In this document: positions 36,591 to 50,479 of the stretch, piece by piece | Layout of the letters: the number at the start of each line of letters is the position of its first letter | Numbering within the stretch: position 1 is the stretch's first letter | The notes under the pieces: generated by a model | What the model saw: the letters and a program-made list of their open reading frames with translations, nothing else | The model's database searches: none | What the model was told of the DNA's origin: nothing | DNA from: Octopus vulgaris | Lineage: Eukaryota | Direction of reading: 5' to 3' | Length of the DNA: 64,000 nt | Assembly (NCBI GenBank): GCA_951406725.2 | Contig: OX597833.1 | Location: forward strand, 38,006,001 to 38,070,000 | Translations under genes and position numbers: made by a program

Positions 36591-38096
36591 CTAGATATGT
36601 CTGTGGTTCAGTAATGCAGTTTATAATAATAATAATAATAATGAAATTATTGTATACAGTGATCAGGTGCACCGTATCTGAATGAAGCTTCTCAGGAGTA
36701 TACCTGACTGAAAGTTGAATGCTACAGTCACCACATTTGTTGATGGGTATGTGCGCAAATATGTGTCTGTGTGCATGTGTGCAAATGTGTGCGCGCAAAT
36801 ATATGAATGTGCAAATGTGTGTGTGTGTACATGCACATGTATATGTGGGTACACATGCGTGCTCTTTAGTCTATCTGCACTAATCTGGTGTTTTGTATTC
36901 AGATGGAAGTGCTATGAATTTATGAAGGAATGTACTCATGGAATGCAATAGCCTAAAGGAAGCTTTGATAAATACATACCTCTTAAAGTGACACACATTT
37001 GAGATGCATGGAAAGGTGCTGTTTTTTAGACTAGGTTAACTCGCATGAATATGACAAGGGCAGATGTTACAAAAATTGTACTAACAGAGTTGATGACTTG
37101 CACACATGCACGCATACATACACATCCACAGACAAACATATACACATATATAAAGAACCATATTTATGGGATGCTACATCTTGGACTATATCCAAAAGAA
37201 GGCCTTCAACAGACTCAGTAGCCAACAGTCTTCGACTTCAAGCTAAATACAAGCGATGCCTTTTCTTCTCTCTTTCCCTCAGAAGGGCTGCTGATCTTCT
37301 GAACTAGCTATCTCTGCACACTCTCACTCTATCAAAACTCAACCATCTTTTCTCATGTCACCCCACCCCAACCCACTTAGTGTTCTGGATCCAGTATTAC
37401 CAACTTTCCTTCTGACAACTGCAATTTCAGGAGAGAATTCTTCTTGGGGTCACTAACAGGCTCTCGACATCCTTTTATCGTTTACTTGTTTTAGTCATAG
37501 GAGTGCAGCCATGATGGAGGAGGGGACCACCTTGAAGTATTTAGTCAAATAAAGCCTGGTACTCATTCTATCAGTCTCTTATGCCAAACTGCTAAGTTAC
37601 AGGAATGCAAACAACCCAACACTGGTTATCAAACAGTGGGTCGGGGAACAAACACAGTCACAAACATATATATATATAAAGTTAATCCAAACAAGAAAAC
37701 AAAAACAACGCAAGGACGTGGAATATACATACACACACACATACATACATACACATACATACATATATCAGGCCAACATGGCAAAATGATCGTTAAATGA
37801 GGATATATATATAAACAATGAGCATCTTGGCTCTTCTTTAAGTTATCATCTATCAAATCCACTCAAGGCTTTGGTTGCCATGAGGCTATAGCAGATGCTT
37901 GCCTAAGGTGTAAGGTATTCTTAACTCACCGGTCTCTTCTCGATTTGTCACCAATATTGTACCCCCAACTCCACCAACCCTTCCTCTTTTTCACACAAAA
38001 CACTACACCCAATTCTCTCCTATCAAAAATTCCAGCCCTAGACAATTTTTTTCTGCAGCCATTTTTCACAGAAGTAGAATCATGTTGAAAGATTAA

Positions 38097-38317
38097 CTCT
38101 TTCGTTACTATATTTATTTTGAGATGTTCTGTGTTTCTTTCAATTACATTAAATATAACAAAGAATTTAGTAAAATTACTTAGTTATCATTAAGCTAGTG
38201 TTAAGAACATTGAATTGTGACTAAGGTTTGGTGGAAAATTTTAACTCAAAACTTATGAAAACAAGACATTTGTACTCAGAGCCAGAGCCGGTTTCAACCG
38301 GGTTGGTAACAAAAGGG
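38097..38317. mobile_element. piggyBac-type MITE, family B
   Basis: TTAA|CTCTTTCGTTAC...GTAACAAAAGGG|ATAA; copies at 45137-45358, 50042-50264 and 63918-64000. Confidence 0.8.
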
Positions 38318-39160
38318 ATAAGAATTAACAGAGACATCAGTGAAGTGATTATTACAAAAACTGAGGAATTTCTAAGTTTGTACTTTATAGTTCAGTGCTT
38401 TGCACCAGTTCAGCCATCCGTACATGCATCCATGCATCTAGCCAGTCAGCCAGCTACAATACAAACGTTTGTTGTAGAGCAATTTAGTGCTCCAGCATAG
38501 CTTTAGCTGTGTTGGTTATAACCAGGCTATAAAACTAAAAAAAGAACTAGGAAAGTAAGTGGTTAAAACAAACACAAAAGGAAAACATAAAAACCAGTTG
38601 CATTACTATATTCCTTAATAATGTGTTTGAAAGAGTCATACATTTATCTTCTCCAGCTATAAGTAAATATAATATATATATATATATTTATTTATTTATG
38701 AATTCATATATGCGTGTGTATGTATTTATGAATTCATATATATATGAATTGAATTCAAGTTTTGAATGGCATACATAAGTTAAACCAACCTGAATTACAA
38801 TCAGAGAAATTCTAGAAAGCTAAGAAAGAAAAATAACATTCTAAATATCAAAGAGTTCTATTTGAAATTTTTTATATTGGTTATAATTGAATTACATTGT
38901 TCTGTAGGATTTTGTTATATTTCTGGAAAATATGCAACGGAAGCACAGCTTACTGAATCATAAACATTGCATATAAGAAGAATTTGTGCACAGCATTCAA
39001 TTTAAGAAAAGAAAAAGAAAGAACAGGAAGATTTCAAGATATGCTTACAAAAGCCATGCAGTAAGAAGCTTACCATTAGCATGCAAACAATGAACAGAAA
39101 TAGAGTAAAAGTTGACTGCATCTGTGTGACAAAATGTATATTTAATTTTGTTTAAAAACA

Positions 39161-39194
<34 letters not shown>

Positions 39195-39330
39195 GTAATA
39201 ATGATGATGATGATGATGATGATGATGACGATGATGATTTCTTTTATTTGCCACCAGGGTGATGGCTGAGGGGAAAAATACAAAAACAGACATAAAGTGT
39301 GGGTGTTTACATATAAGGAAATGATATTAA

Positions 39331-40132
39331 CCCCTTAATGGATCAATTATTTTGACATGGTGTTTCATTTCAGAGCATATTTTTTAATTTCGTTTTTTAA
39401 TTATATACACTGTGTTTATTACAAAAAAAAAAGTTTTTTATCTTGTTTCCTTTATGTTTTTAGATAGAAATTAAAATGTACTTTTACTCATTTGGATTTA
39501 AACGAGTTAACTCAGACATTGAAAAAATATATAAACTTAACTATCTTTGATTTTTTATAAGATGTATTGCTTTTAAATTAAAGGAAAAGATAGTTTATTT
39601 AGAATGATAATTTTTAAAACAAGGAGTTACAAAGTTATCTTGCAGACATCACATGTGTATCTGCTTTCTCTTCGAATCTTCTTTCCTTTAGCGTCTCTCT
39701 TTTGCACACTGTCTTGTAGGGTTCTTTTTCTTATCACTTGGTGGTATTTCCATGGGAAAGTGACCAGCTGGAGTAAATCTTGTTGGATGTGGGACCGATG
39801 ATGGTCTTCTTAGTTTCATGGGAGGCAATACGAGCCTATATTTATCAATAATCTTGGTGATTATTTGCATTCTAAATTTCAGCGGTTTCATAGCAGAAGC
39901 TGAAGTTTCCAAAGATGCTTTATACAAAACATAAGCATTCCAGATAGCCAAATCCATTAAATGAAAGAATACCTATTTTTTTTAAACAAAGCAAAAATGA
40001 AAAGACACAAAACAAATAAACTCGTTTGAGTGCTAAAATTAAAAGTTAATTTTGACTGAGTATACTCGTCATCTGGTTCTAAAAAGATACATTTGCAATG
40101 CACGAGTAAACTTGGGATAATCCATTAAGGGG
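39331..40132 (-). mobile_element. Internally deleted piggyBac transposon retaining the transposase C-terminus
   Basis: TTAA|CCCCTTAATGGAT ... ATCCATTAAGGGG|TTAA; minus frame VFFHLMDLAIWNAYVLYK...GHFP...PTRQC, then frameshifted RRESRYTCDVC (cysteine-rich domain). Confidence 0.9.
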
Positions 40133-40319
40133 TTAAAAGAAACTTATGAAGTACACACATTCTGAGTTCAAATTGCAACTAGTTCAACTTTGCCTTTCAT
40201 CCTTTGAGGGTTGATGAGTATCAGTCAAGTACTGGTGTCAATGTAATATCCTAGCCACCTCCCACAAAATTTCAAGTCTTCTGCTTATAGTAGAAAGGAT
40301 TATTATTATTATCATCATC

Positions 40320-40351
<32 letters not shown>

Positions 40352-41519
40352 TATTAAAATGGTGAGCTGGCAGAATTGTTAGCGCACTGGGCAAAATGCT
40401 TAGTGTCATTTCATCCTTCCTTATGTTCTGAGTTCAAATTCCACCAAGATTGACTTTACCTGTTATCCTTTCAGGGTGGATAAAATAAATACCAATTGAA
40501 CACTGGGGTCAATGTAATGGACTAGCCCCCTTCCCAAAAATTTCAGGCCTTGTGCCTATAGTAGAAAGAATTATTATTATTATTATGATGATGATGATGA
40601 TGATGATGAAAGCAATGGATTGGCTGAATCATTAGAACACCAAATAAAAGTAGCCCTATCATAGTAGTGATACCATATGCAAGGCCAGCTAAACAGCCTA
40701 TAGACCCCTCAGGCCAAGCAACGCACTGGTCCCCAACATACCCAAGCACAGCATACATATGTTAGCATTAGGCCCCTACACTCATGGAGCACCAGGACAG
40801 CTACCCAGTGTGCCCATGCCCCAAAACAACAGTGATAATAGGAAGAGATATAGCTCAATAGTATTTGTTAAAATCATTCTTATTAACACCGACACACACA
40901 CACACACACTCAAACACACACACACACACATACATACACTTTTTGGTTCCTCCTGGCCTAACTTGTCTTGTTATTTAGTCCCAAATCAGTCTTCACCAAA
41001 CAAACTTGTTACTAAAGGCATTCCATATATGACCACCACCTTTTTTGTATATCCAGGACTACACTGTTCAATATGTCCTTCCATTTAAGATAACAGAGTG
41101 TGATTTAAGGGAGATTGACTGCTATTTCTTATCAGATCAAACGATCCTGTACAGCCCCCTTCACTAACCTGCCCTACTTCTCTTTGTATTAGGTACTATA
41201 TTTCCGGTATCTTCCCCTTGGGAGAGAAAAGTAGAATAATGTAGTTTGATTTGTTTTTCAGACTTAATTAAAAATTAGCAGAATTATGCATAATAAAAGC
41301 TAAATTACATTTATGTCTTTGTTTTGCAAGATTCCTCAGGTGAAATCATATGTTGAAATAGATATGGTTATATTTGGATTTGGGGATGGCTATATTTTGC
41401 CAACTAAACACATGCGCCATATATTTGGTCTTCACTTCAGCTTTATTGTTATTCTTATTTTAGTATGCTTTGTCTGGAAATCTTTTGTCACACATTCTGT
41501 GACCTCTTCACCAACTCTC

Positions 41520-42096
41520 CATCTCATCATGGTGTTTGGAATGATCACTAGTGATGACGACGTTATGCCTCCATTCATCTTCCCACATGGCCTCAGACTC
41601 AACACAGAGGCCTACATCAAGTGCCTGGAGGAGGTAGTGCTGCCCTGGATCAAGAGGGTGGCTGCTGGAAGACCCTAAGCCTGGCAACAGGACTCTACAC
41701 CAAGTCACACAGGCAGGAGAACCCAGTCATGGCTGTCAGACAATTTCTGCCCCCACATCAACCCTAACATCTGGTCATCTAACTCCCCAAACTGCAACCC
41801 ACTTGATTATTATGTGTGGGGCACAGTTGAGCAAGAGACCAACAAAACTCCAAAGATGAACTGAAGGTAAGTATTGTGGCAGCATTCACCAAATTAAACA
41901 AGGAGACCATCCAGAAGAGTTGCAAGACATTCTGGAGGCTGTGGTTAAAGCCAGTGGCAATTTTATTGAATAAATCTACTCTTTAGTATTTCAAGATATT
42001 TTTATGTAATTTTTGTAGATATATCTGTTAAAATGAGATGTCAGTGTTATTTTCATTTTTGCATAATTTAGATGACAGTTTATTCACCGCACCCTG
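41520..42096 (+). mobile_element. maT/DD37D transposon 3' relic
   Basis: IMVFG...MPPFIF...YIKCLEEVVLPW...WQQD-x37-D (NPLDYYVWG); right end ...CACCCTG. Confidence 0.85.
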
Positions 42097-42919
42097 TGTG
42101 TATGACTCCAAACTCCACTACAATATATTGTATAATATATATATATACACACACATGTGTGTGCATTTGTGTGTGTATACATATATATGCACACACACAG
42201 ACACATATATTATACAATATATTGTAGTGGAGTTAGGAGTCATGCTCTTGCCAGGAAAGTACTAATAATTCTTGAAATGAATGATTGTGTGGATGGAGGT
42301 GGTAGTGTGTGTGTGTTTGTGTTTTCTCCCTTTCTATTTTTGTTTGCTTCACTCACTTGTTCTAAAATAAACAACAATCTCTGGAGAACTAGGATAGTTT
42401 TGATGGCCAATGGAGTTTGAGATTCTTTCTACGGTTACTTTGATCTCAGAAGAACAACTCGTGATAGAGGGATGGAGATGAAACTAAACAAGGTAAAACA
42501 AAACAAAAGAAGAACACAAAAAAAAAAAGTAGAAACAACTAGACTAACCAGCTAAACAGTTGTAACAATTGGCAAAACATCACATGAAAAGCAGAAGAAT
42601 CAGTTATGGCGTTTAAGTCTATTGGATAGCTTCCAAATTCTTGTTAGCAGAGACAGAGTTAGTAAAAATGTTTACAGCTTAGGAATATATGACTCAGGTA
42701 AAGCACCAAACTAACCTCAATCTTTATTTCCTATTTATATTTTCTGCTAATTTAAGATTGTCAACCAATCAACCGTAGCCTTGTTAAATACATAATACTT
42801 CGGAAATGAGAAAACAATCAAAAATGATGGGAGGGAAGTATAATTGCATGCTATTCTAAAGAACATCTCTTTATTATAATTCAGGAGAAATAAGTTAAAT
42901 ATTCTCTTTTTCAGTTTTT

Positions 42920-43194
42920 TTTTTACCTTTTACTTGTTTCAGTCATTAAACTGTGGCCATGCTGGGGCACCGCCTTGAAGAATTTTTAGTTGAGTGAATC
43001 ATTACATCAGCATTGCCTTGGTGAATTCTTAGTTGAATGAATTGACCCCCGTATATATTTATTTTTTTTTTTAGAGCCTGGTACTTATTCTATCTGTCTC
43101 TTTTGCCGAACCGCTAAGTGTCGGGGGCGTAAACACACCAGCATCAGTTGTCAAGCAATGCTAGGGGGACAAACACAGACACACAAACATACAT

Positions 43195-43244
<50 letters not shown>

Positions 43245-43436
43245 GATGATGATGATGATATACACATATGTACGACAGGCTTCTTTCAGTTTCCGTCAAC
43301 CAAATCCACTCACAAGGCATTGGTCGACCCGGGGCTATAGCAGAAGACACTTGCCCAAGATGCCACGCAGTGGGACTGAACCTGGAACCATGTGGTTGGT
43401 TAGCAAGCTACTTACCACACAGCCACTCCTGCGCCT
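42920..43436 (-). mobile_element. Major-family tRNA-derived SINE, well preserved
   Basis: Minus head GGCGCAGGAGTGGCTGTGTGGTAAGTAGCTTGC...GGTTCCAGGTTCAGTCCC; internal microsatellite; conserved tail. Confidence 0.92.
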
Positions 43437-43735
43437 ATATATATACACATACGACAAGCTTCTTTCAGTTTCCATCTACCAAATCCACTCACAATGGGAT
43501 TAGAACCTGGCATTTCTTAATCACACAGTTTTAAATGATGCCAGTGTCAAGAGGGGTTATTTGAAGTGTGTCATAAAACTCATGGGAGAGCAGAATAGTA
43601 AATTATGAACCTTTACACCTTTCCTAATAATATTGGGGATATAAATGAAGCAATTCAAAATAAGAATCTACATCCATTCTCAGACATGATTCATGAAGAA
43701 CTTACTATCGTATCACGGCAGCCACTATTTTAATA

Positions 43736-43961
43736 CAGTAATCCCTCACCATATCGCGGTTCACTTATCGCAGTTTATTATTTAAGCTTACGTTGATTCC
43801 TCTATGGTGCTGTTTTACGTTTATAATAAAATAAATATATACAAATTATAAAAATTATTTTTAAAAATATACAGTGCAGTACTGTTTCTACTTCGTGGAT
43901 TTTCCCTTATTGCAGGGGTGGGGGGTGGAATGTAACACCCACGATGATCGAGGGATTATTG
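43736..43961. mobile_element. pogo/Tigger-type MITE
   Basis: TA|CAGTAATCCCTC ... GAGGGATTATTG|TA. Confidence 0.8.
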
Positions 43962-44309
43962 TAATAACTTATCCTACTCCTGGCCATATGTGTGTGTATG
44001 TGCATATGTGAGAGAGAGGCAGGAGAGAAAGAGAGAGACAGACAGACAGCACTAAGCACAGTCTAACATACTTGAGGTAGTGTGCTGAAAATAATTACTT
44101 GAAATTACAGCTTACACATACACACACAGATGGATAGAAATATATTGCACTTGTAAGCAAGAATATACTTAATGTATAAAGGGCTTTTTAGAACTCAAAC
44201 TACAAGACGAAAGTGCTGCCTATTTCTGAGAATTGAAACTTGAAGATATCTTACACTTAAATCTATTTAGAACAGCAAAACACAAACTTGACCATCAAAA
44301 TGTATTAAG

Positions 44310-44311
<2 letters not shown>

Positions 44312-44363
<52 letters not shown>

Positions 44364-44729
44364 TATATACATATATATATATATACACACACATATATAT
44401 ATATATACACACACATATATATATACATATAAATATATACACACATATATATATATACACACATATATATACATATACATATATATGACATATATATACA
44501 TATACATATACATATATATGACATACATATACATATACATATGACATACATATACATATACATATATATATACATATACATATATATATACATATACATA
44601 TATATGACATACATATACATATACATATATATATACATATACATATACATATATATATACATATACATATATATATATATACATATACATATATATGACA
44701 TACCTATACATATACATATATATATATAC

Positions 44730-44762
<33 letters not shown>

Positions 44763-44838
44763 TATACATATACATACATATACATATATATGACATACAT
44801 ATACATATACATATACATATATATATACATATATGTAC

Positions 44839-44891
<53 letters not shown>

Positions 44892-44898
44892 CATATAC

Positions 44899-44955
<57 letters not shown>

Positions 44956-44968
44956 AACATATATATAT
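44312..44968. repeat. Long compound (TA)/(TACA)/(CATATA) microsatellite
   Basis: Read directly. Confidence 0.97.
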
Positions 44969-44974
44969 ACTTAA

Positions 44975-45414
44975 CCATTTAGCATTCAGTTTTCTGTTAA
45001 ATGTTATGCTTATTTATTCATATTCTTTTGAATTAATCATGCATTATCTCATAATTTTGAGATTGTGACGAGGTGATTGTTATTTTTAGAATGACATAAT
45101 AGGATAGGCATGAAACACCAGATCTAGCTGGTTTAACCATTTTGATACCAATCTGCCTGAAACTGCCTCTGGCTCTGTAGTACAAATGTCTCGTTTTCAA
45201 AAGCTCTGAATTAAAATCTTCCACCAAACCTTAGTTACAATTTATGTTCCTAACACTAGTTTAATAATAACTAAGTTATTTTACTAAATTCTTCGTTATA
45301 TTTAAAACCAATTGAAAGAAACACAGAGCATCTCAACAGAAATATGGTAACAAAAGGTTTAAACATGAAACAGAATATTTGGACCAAATAAAGTCCAGTT
45401 TAAGTGTTAAAGGG
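44975..45414. mobile_element. piggyBac MITE A with MITE B nested at an internal TTAA (45137-45358)
   Basis: Outer TTAA|CCATTTAGCATT..TAAAGGG|TTAA; the inner element is flanked by TTAA at 45133 and 45359. Confidence 0.85.
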
Positions 45415-46641
45415 TTAATGCTTATAAACTTGATATGTTTCTAGCATGATACACTTCTGGGAGACTAATAAACCCCTTCATCAGAGGCATCTGATTGAAT
45501 GTCATCATCATCATCAACATTTAATGTCCATTTTCCATGCTAGCATGGGTTAGATGGTTTGACAGGAACTAGCAAAGCCAAAGAACATACCAGGCTCCAT
45601 AGTCTGTTCTGGCTTTTCTAACACCAACCACTTTACAGAGTGCACTGGGTGCTTTTTATGCGACATCATCACCAGTGTTTTTTATGTGGCACCAGCACCC
45701 ACACCAATGCTTTTTACATGGCACCTTGGTTTTTGGATCTCAATTCTGTTGTGGTGGGTAGAATTTCAAGTTAGGATTAGACAATAAAATGAAATGCAAT
45801 GTCTGTTTCAGTTATAACTAGAGAGAGTTGCAAAATTTGTGCTTTATTTTTTTAATTAATGATTTTTAACTTAACTATAAGGCAACACATTTTGGAGGAT
45901 AAGTATAGTTGATTAAATATATACCAATAACTGACTGGTACTTATTTCATCAACCACAGGAGGATGATGGTAAAGTCAACTCCAAAGATGTTTGAACTGA
46001 GAATGCAAAAGTGATAACTATATGTAAAATTGCATGATATTTTGAAAAGAATTCTATGAATTCTACCCTAGTTATTTTGTTATTGTTAAATGACAAAACA
46101 AATTTTAAAAAACAAAACAAAGAATTTAGAATAATGACAGAACATAGAGATAAGTGGGAAGTAAGACAAATTTTAATCGAAATACCATGCAGCTGTTAAT
46201 ATATTCATGCGATAAGAAATGAGTAAGACATTGTAACTATAGGGGAGACATTAGCTGACCAATCAAGCTGTTATGATAGCAGCCAAATGTCCTTTAAATC
46301 ACACAGTCTTACAGTCTTCAGAATGAAAGGACAAGTTAGATAATGTAGGCCTAGTTATACCATGTCTGAGAATAAGAGATAGGATGGTCAAGGGTGGAAT
46401 ACTTTTGTTCATAAATCTGCTCAATCAGGACTGATCTGGGACAAAACAATTACAAAAAAAAAAAACATTTGCAAAAAAATATTTAATCCAGATGAAAAAA
46501 AAAGTATTAATCCAGAATCTATAGAAATGGATTCTCAAACCCAGACTTCTGAAATATAACAGAATCTTTCCCTAGAGGATACACTTGTCTATTACAGCCA
46601 ACTTTCTGAGACCATCCTGATATCAACTTAACAGTCTTTAA

Positions 46642-47081
46642 CCTTTTTAATATTTATACCAACCATATCTAGCTCAAATATTCTACCTGTTTTATGTTCA
46701 AACTGACCAGATCTGGCCTCTCCCACCTACCATACCATGTCATTATAAAAATAAATAATCGTATCATCGAAATCTTGAAGCTACAAGATAATGCATGATT
46801 TATTCAAAACAATGTGAATAAATAATTTTACATTTGACAGAGTAATCTGAATGCTAAAGGGTTAACCCTTCAGTGTTTATACGAGCCATATCCAGTCCAA
46901 ATATTTTGTTTTATGTTCAAATTGGCCAGATCTGGCCTTTCACACCTGTCCTACAATGTCATTCCAAAAACAAACACTCCTATCATCAAAATCTCAAGGT
47001 TATGAGATGATGCATGATTAATTCAAAACAATGTGAATAAATAAATATCACATTTGACAGAAAAATCTGAATGCTAAAAAG
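46642..47081. mobile_element. Two tandem piggyBac MITE A copies sharing a central TTAA (46862-46865)
   Basis: ...AATGCTAAAGGG-TTAA-CCCTTCAGTG... Confidence 0.85.
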
Positions 47082-47980
47082 TTGAATTACTACTTGCAAC
47101 ACTACACTTTGCTATAAATAGCACCACGTAAGGTAATCCATACCAAAGGATCTCAACCTGCCTTTGTCAAGTATCTGACACCATTTCTCTAATGTTGAAA
47201 GTAATCGTTCAATATTGTCTACTTGCGGATCACTTAAAACTCAGTGGTCTATGAATGTGCCAGAAGATAGAATATCAAAGTGAAATGTTTGTGAAATAGT
47301 CTCTCTAGCAAAACTATTTCACTTCCAATAGTTTGATCCACCAAGCTGCAAACATACTGTGAAGAAGAGTGACAGAGTGACAACTTATAACTGGTATCTC
47401 ATCAATTTGCTGCTTTCAGGTAGTCTCAAATGTTATTAACATGTTAACCACCATGGTCAGTTACTGGAACTTACTAGTTATACTACATATTCCCGGTCAC
47501 ACTGCATATTGTTTAATTACAAGGGAATGTAATTTTTTTTATTTTGACATTTTTGCAATATAACATAAACTTTAATATTTAGCACGCATGTTATCTGAAT
47601 ATCCTTGAAACCATGTCAAAGATAAAATACTTTCTCAAATTATGAAAATGTACCACTGGTGGTGCTTATAGGGATTGTGTGAAGTTTGCGATGAACCACT
47701 AACGGTACATGTGGCAGTTAATATGTTAAACATCAGTAATAAAATCATATTTCAAAACATGCTATAAACAGTGCCCTAACTATTCTTCTTAATGGTTATA
47801 GGATCAATTAATAATATGGTTTATTACTGACTCCCTCTTTCCAGATCCTTCTTCCAGTATATTTATTAATATTTCATTTATTATTTAATCCTCTTCTTGC
47901 AAGATGGGAAATAAGATTTTGACAATGAATTGCTATTGAAAATTATCATCAGCAATTCTCTCTCTCTCTCATATATATAT

Positions 47981-48028
47981 AATTTCAAAGTAAGGTGATT
48001 AAAATTTTAATCACCTTACTTTGAAATT
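47981..48028. repeat. Perfect 48-bp palindrome
   Basis: AATTTCAAAGTAAGGTGATTAAAA|TTTTAATCACCTTACTTTGAAATT. Confidence 0.97.
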
Positions 48029-48160
48029 GTATGGATAATACCGTACTAAATTCTGGTACCTCAACTTAAGTACCATATTCATCTGAATATATATATATTG
48101 ATAAAAATGGTAAGACAACAAAAGAATGAGAGACCTCGATATTATGTAAATAGAGGAATT

Positions 48161-48237
48161 TATCTGTAAATGTAATATGTGACGATTATTCAGAGTTTTA
48201 TCATGGCTACCGAATAATCGTCACATATTACATTTAC

Positions 48238-48242
<5 letters not shown>
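48161..48242. repeat. Perfect 31-bp inverted repeat with 20-nt spacer
   Basis: TATCTGTAAATGTAATATGTGACGATTATTC / GAATAATCGTCACATATTACATTTACAGATA. Confidence 0.95.
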
Positions 48243-48281
<39 letters not shown>

Positions 48282-48910
48282 CTCTTTCTTTCTCTCCCCT
48301 TTTTCCCTAGCACTCTCTTCCTCTCTCTACATTCCCCCCTCTCTTTCTGCCTTTTCTCATCTAAGATTCAGTTCTCTCAGCTCACTTTCAATTGTTCAGC
48401 TATCCAGGCTTTCACTTTCCAAGTGGAAACCATCTTAATACTACTTTAGTATCCAATCCAAGTCTATTCAGTGTGTATGGCCAAGCTGTTTGAGCCACCA
48501 GCACTTTAATTCAAGAATCCTAATATTGCAAACAGTTCCACAGTACAACTCCTCTTTTGATACTTTGTTGGGTTGGAAGTTGCAGCAGATTCTGGTTCGA
48601 CAATCAGAATGGGAGGCATTGATTTCATTTGCATCTCTTTTTACCACAAACAAGCTTTCTGAACAATGACTCTGAACAGATTTGATGTTGTTATTATGAA
48701 GTCCAATCTCAGTCCTTAACTTTCAGTATATTACTGCTGTTCAATAACTGATTTCAAATTTTGACACAAGGCCACTAATTTCAGGGGAGGGAATAAGTCA
48801 ATTACATCAACCCCAGTGCTCAAATGGTACTTATTTTATTGACCCTGAAAGGATGAAAGGCAAAGTTGATTTCAGCAGAATTTGAACTAGGAATGTAAAG
48901 AGAATATTTC

Positions 48911-49095
48911 AATATTCTACTGTGTCTGGGGAGAGTCATTTTCTTTTTGTGCCTTATAATTTAAGATACTCACCAGTAAAATTTCCACTTATTTTTATTT
49001 TCCTAAAATAAGAAATAACAGGAAATTTTACCAGCGAGTGTGTTAAATTATAAGGTACAAAAAGATAATGACTCTCCCCAGACACAATAGAATAT
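48911..49095. repeat. Long imperfect hairpin (arms of about 90 bp)
   Basis: ATATTCTACTGTGTCTGGGGAGAGTCATT...AAATTTCC versus GGAAATTTT...AATGACTCTCCCCAGACACAATAGAATAT. Confidence 0.9.
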
Positions 49096-49564
49096 GTTTC
49101 AACACACGAATTCACATAAAGAATCTTGCAAGCCAAAGCCAAAATATATTTTAATTATCATTAATATTTTTAATGTTGTTATTGTTGTTATTATTATTAT
49201 TGTTATTATTATTATTATTATTATTTGCATTCATGATTGTGAGAATGAAGTTTCAATTCCTAGACCAGGTTGAGCAAAACATTTCATCTCATATTGCTCT
49301 CCAATCACTTCCACACCTAACATGTGATATACCATGCACCTGTACAGGCAATGGCAATTTGATGAAGACATCGAGCTAATGTACAGAATATACATCTGAT
49401 CACTATAAACAAATCATTTGTGCAGGTTGTTCAGCATAAGCTGAACACTCATATGCTGTCTTCAATAGGAGTCATCATCATCATCATCATCATCATAGAT
49501 ATTCCTATACTCTTTTAACTGTTCTAGCCTTTAGTCATGGTCAAATGTATCTTTTTTTAAATAT

Positions 49565-49940
49565 ATCTTTTATTATTTACTCGTTTCAGTCATTAGACTG
49601 TGGCCATGCTGGGGCACTGCCTTGAAGAATTTTAGTCAAACTTATCGACCCCAATACTTAATTTTTTTTTTAAGCCTGGTACTTATTCTGTCAGTTTCTT
49701 TGCCAAACTGCTAAGTTACAGCGATGTAAACACACTAATACCAGTTGTCAAGTGGTGGTAGGGAACAAACGCATACAGAAAGATGCACACACACAATGGG
49801 CTTCTTTCAGTTTCCATCGGCCAAATCTACGCACAAGGCTTTAGTCAGCCTGAAGCTATAGTAGAAGACATTTGCCCAAGGTACCACTCAGTGGGACTGA
49901 ATCAGGAACCATGTGGCTGGGAAGCAAACTTTTTGCCACA
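49565..49940 (-). mobile_element. Major-family SINE
   Basis: Similar to 42920-43436. Confidence 0.85.
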
Positions 49941-50041
49941 CAATTTATTTGTAAATTTAGTGATAAAAGGTACTCAAGTTCAGTTTTGTAATTGTTCAGC
50001 AATTTCTCTCTCTCTCACACACACACACATACCTCAGTTAA

Positions 50042-50264
50042 CCCTTTCATTACTAACCCACCTGAAACTGGCTCTAGCTCTGTAGTACAAATGTCTTGTT
50101 TTCATAAGTGTTGAATTAAAATCTTCCACCAAACCTTTAGTCACAATTAATGTTCCTAACACTAGCTGAATGATAACTAAGTTATTTTACTAAATTCTTA
50201 GTTATATTTAAAATAACTGAGAGGAAACACAGAGCATCTCAAAATAAATACAGTAATGAAAGGG
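50042..50264. mobile_element. piggyBac-type MITE, family B
   Basis: TTAA|CCCTTTCATTAC ... GTAATGAAAGGG|TTAA. Confidence 0.88.
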
Positions 50265-50479
50265 TTAAGCAAATAGCAGTGAATGTTATAGAAAAAAACA
50301 GGCCTTGTGAAATGACAAGCAATCACGTATTGGAATGAAAGGAATTTTTGTAAATAATAAATAAAAACTCATTGAAGCAACAAAGTCAGAGGAATATTAG
50401 CAAATTAAAAGGAAGAAAAACACCAAATCAAGCATTGATTCATTCTGCTGAAGACATTTCATGAACAAACTTTACTCAC

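Noticed and set aside
48468-48653. 61-aa minus-strand ORF as the next AMPD exon
   Set aside because: No AMPD-like motif and no suitable splice sites seen.
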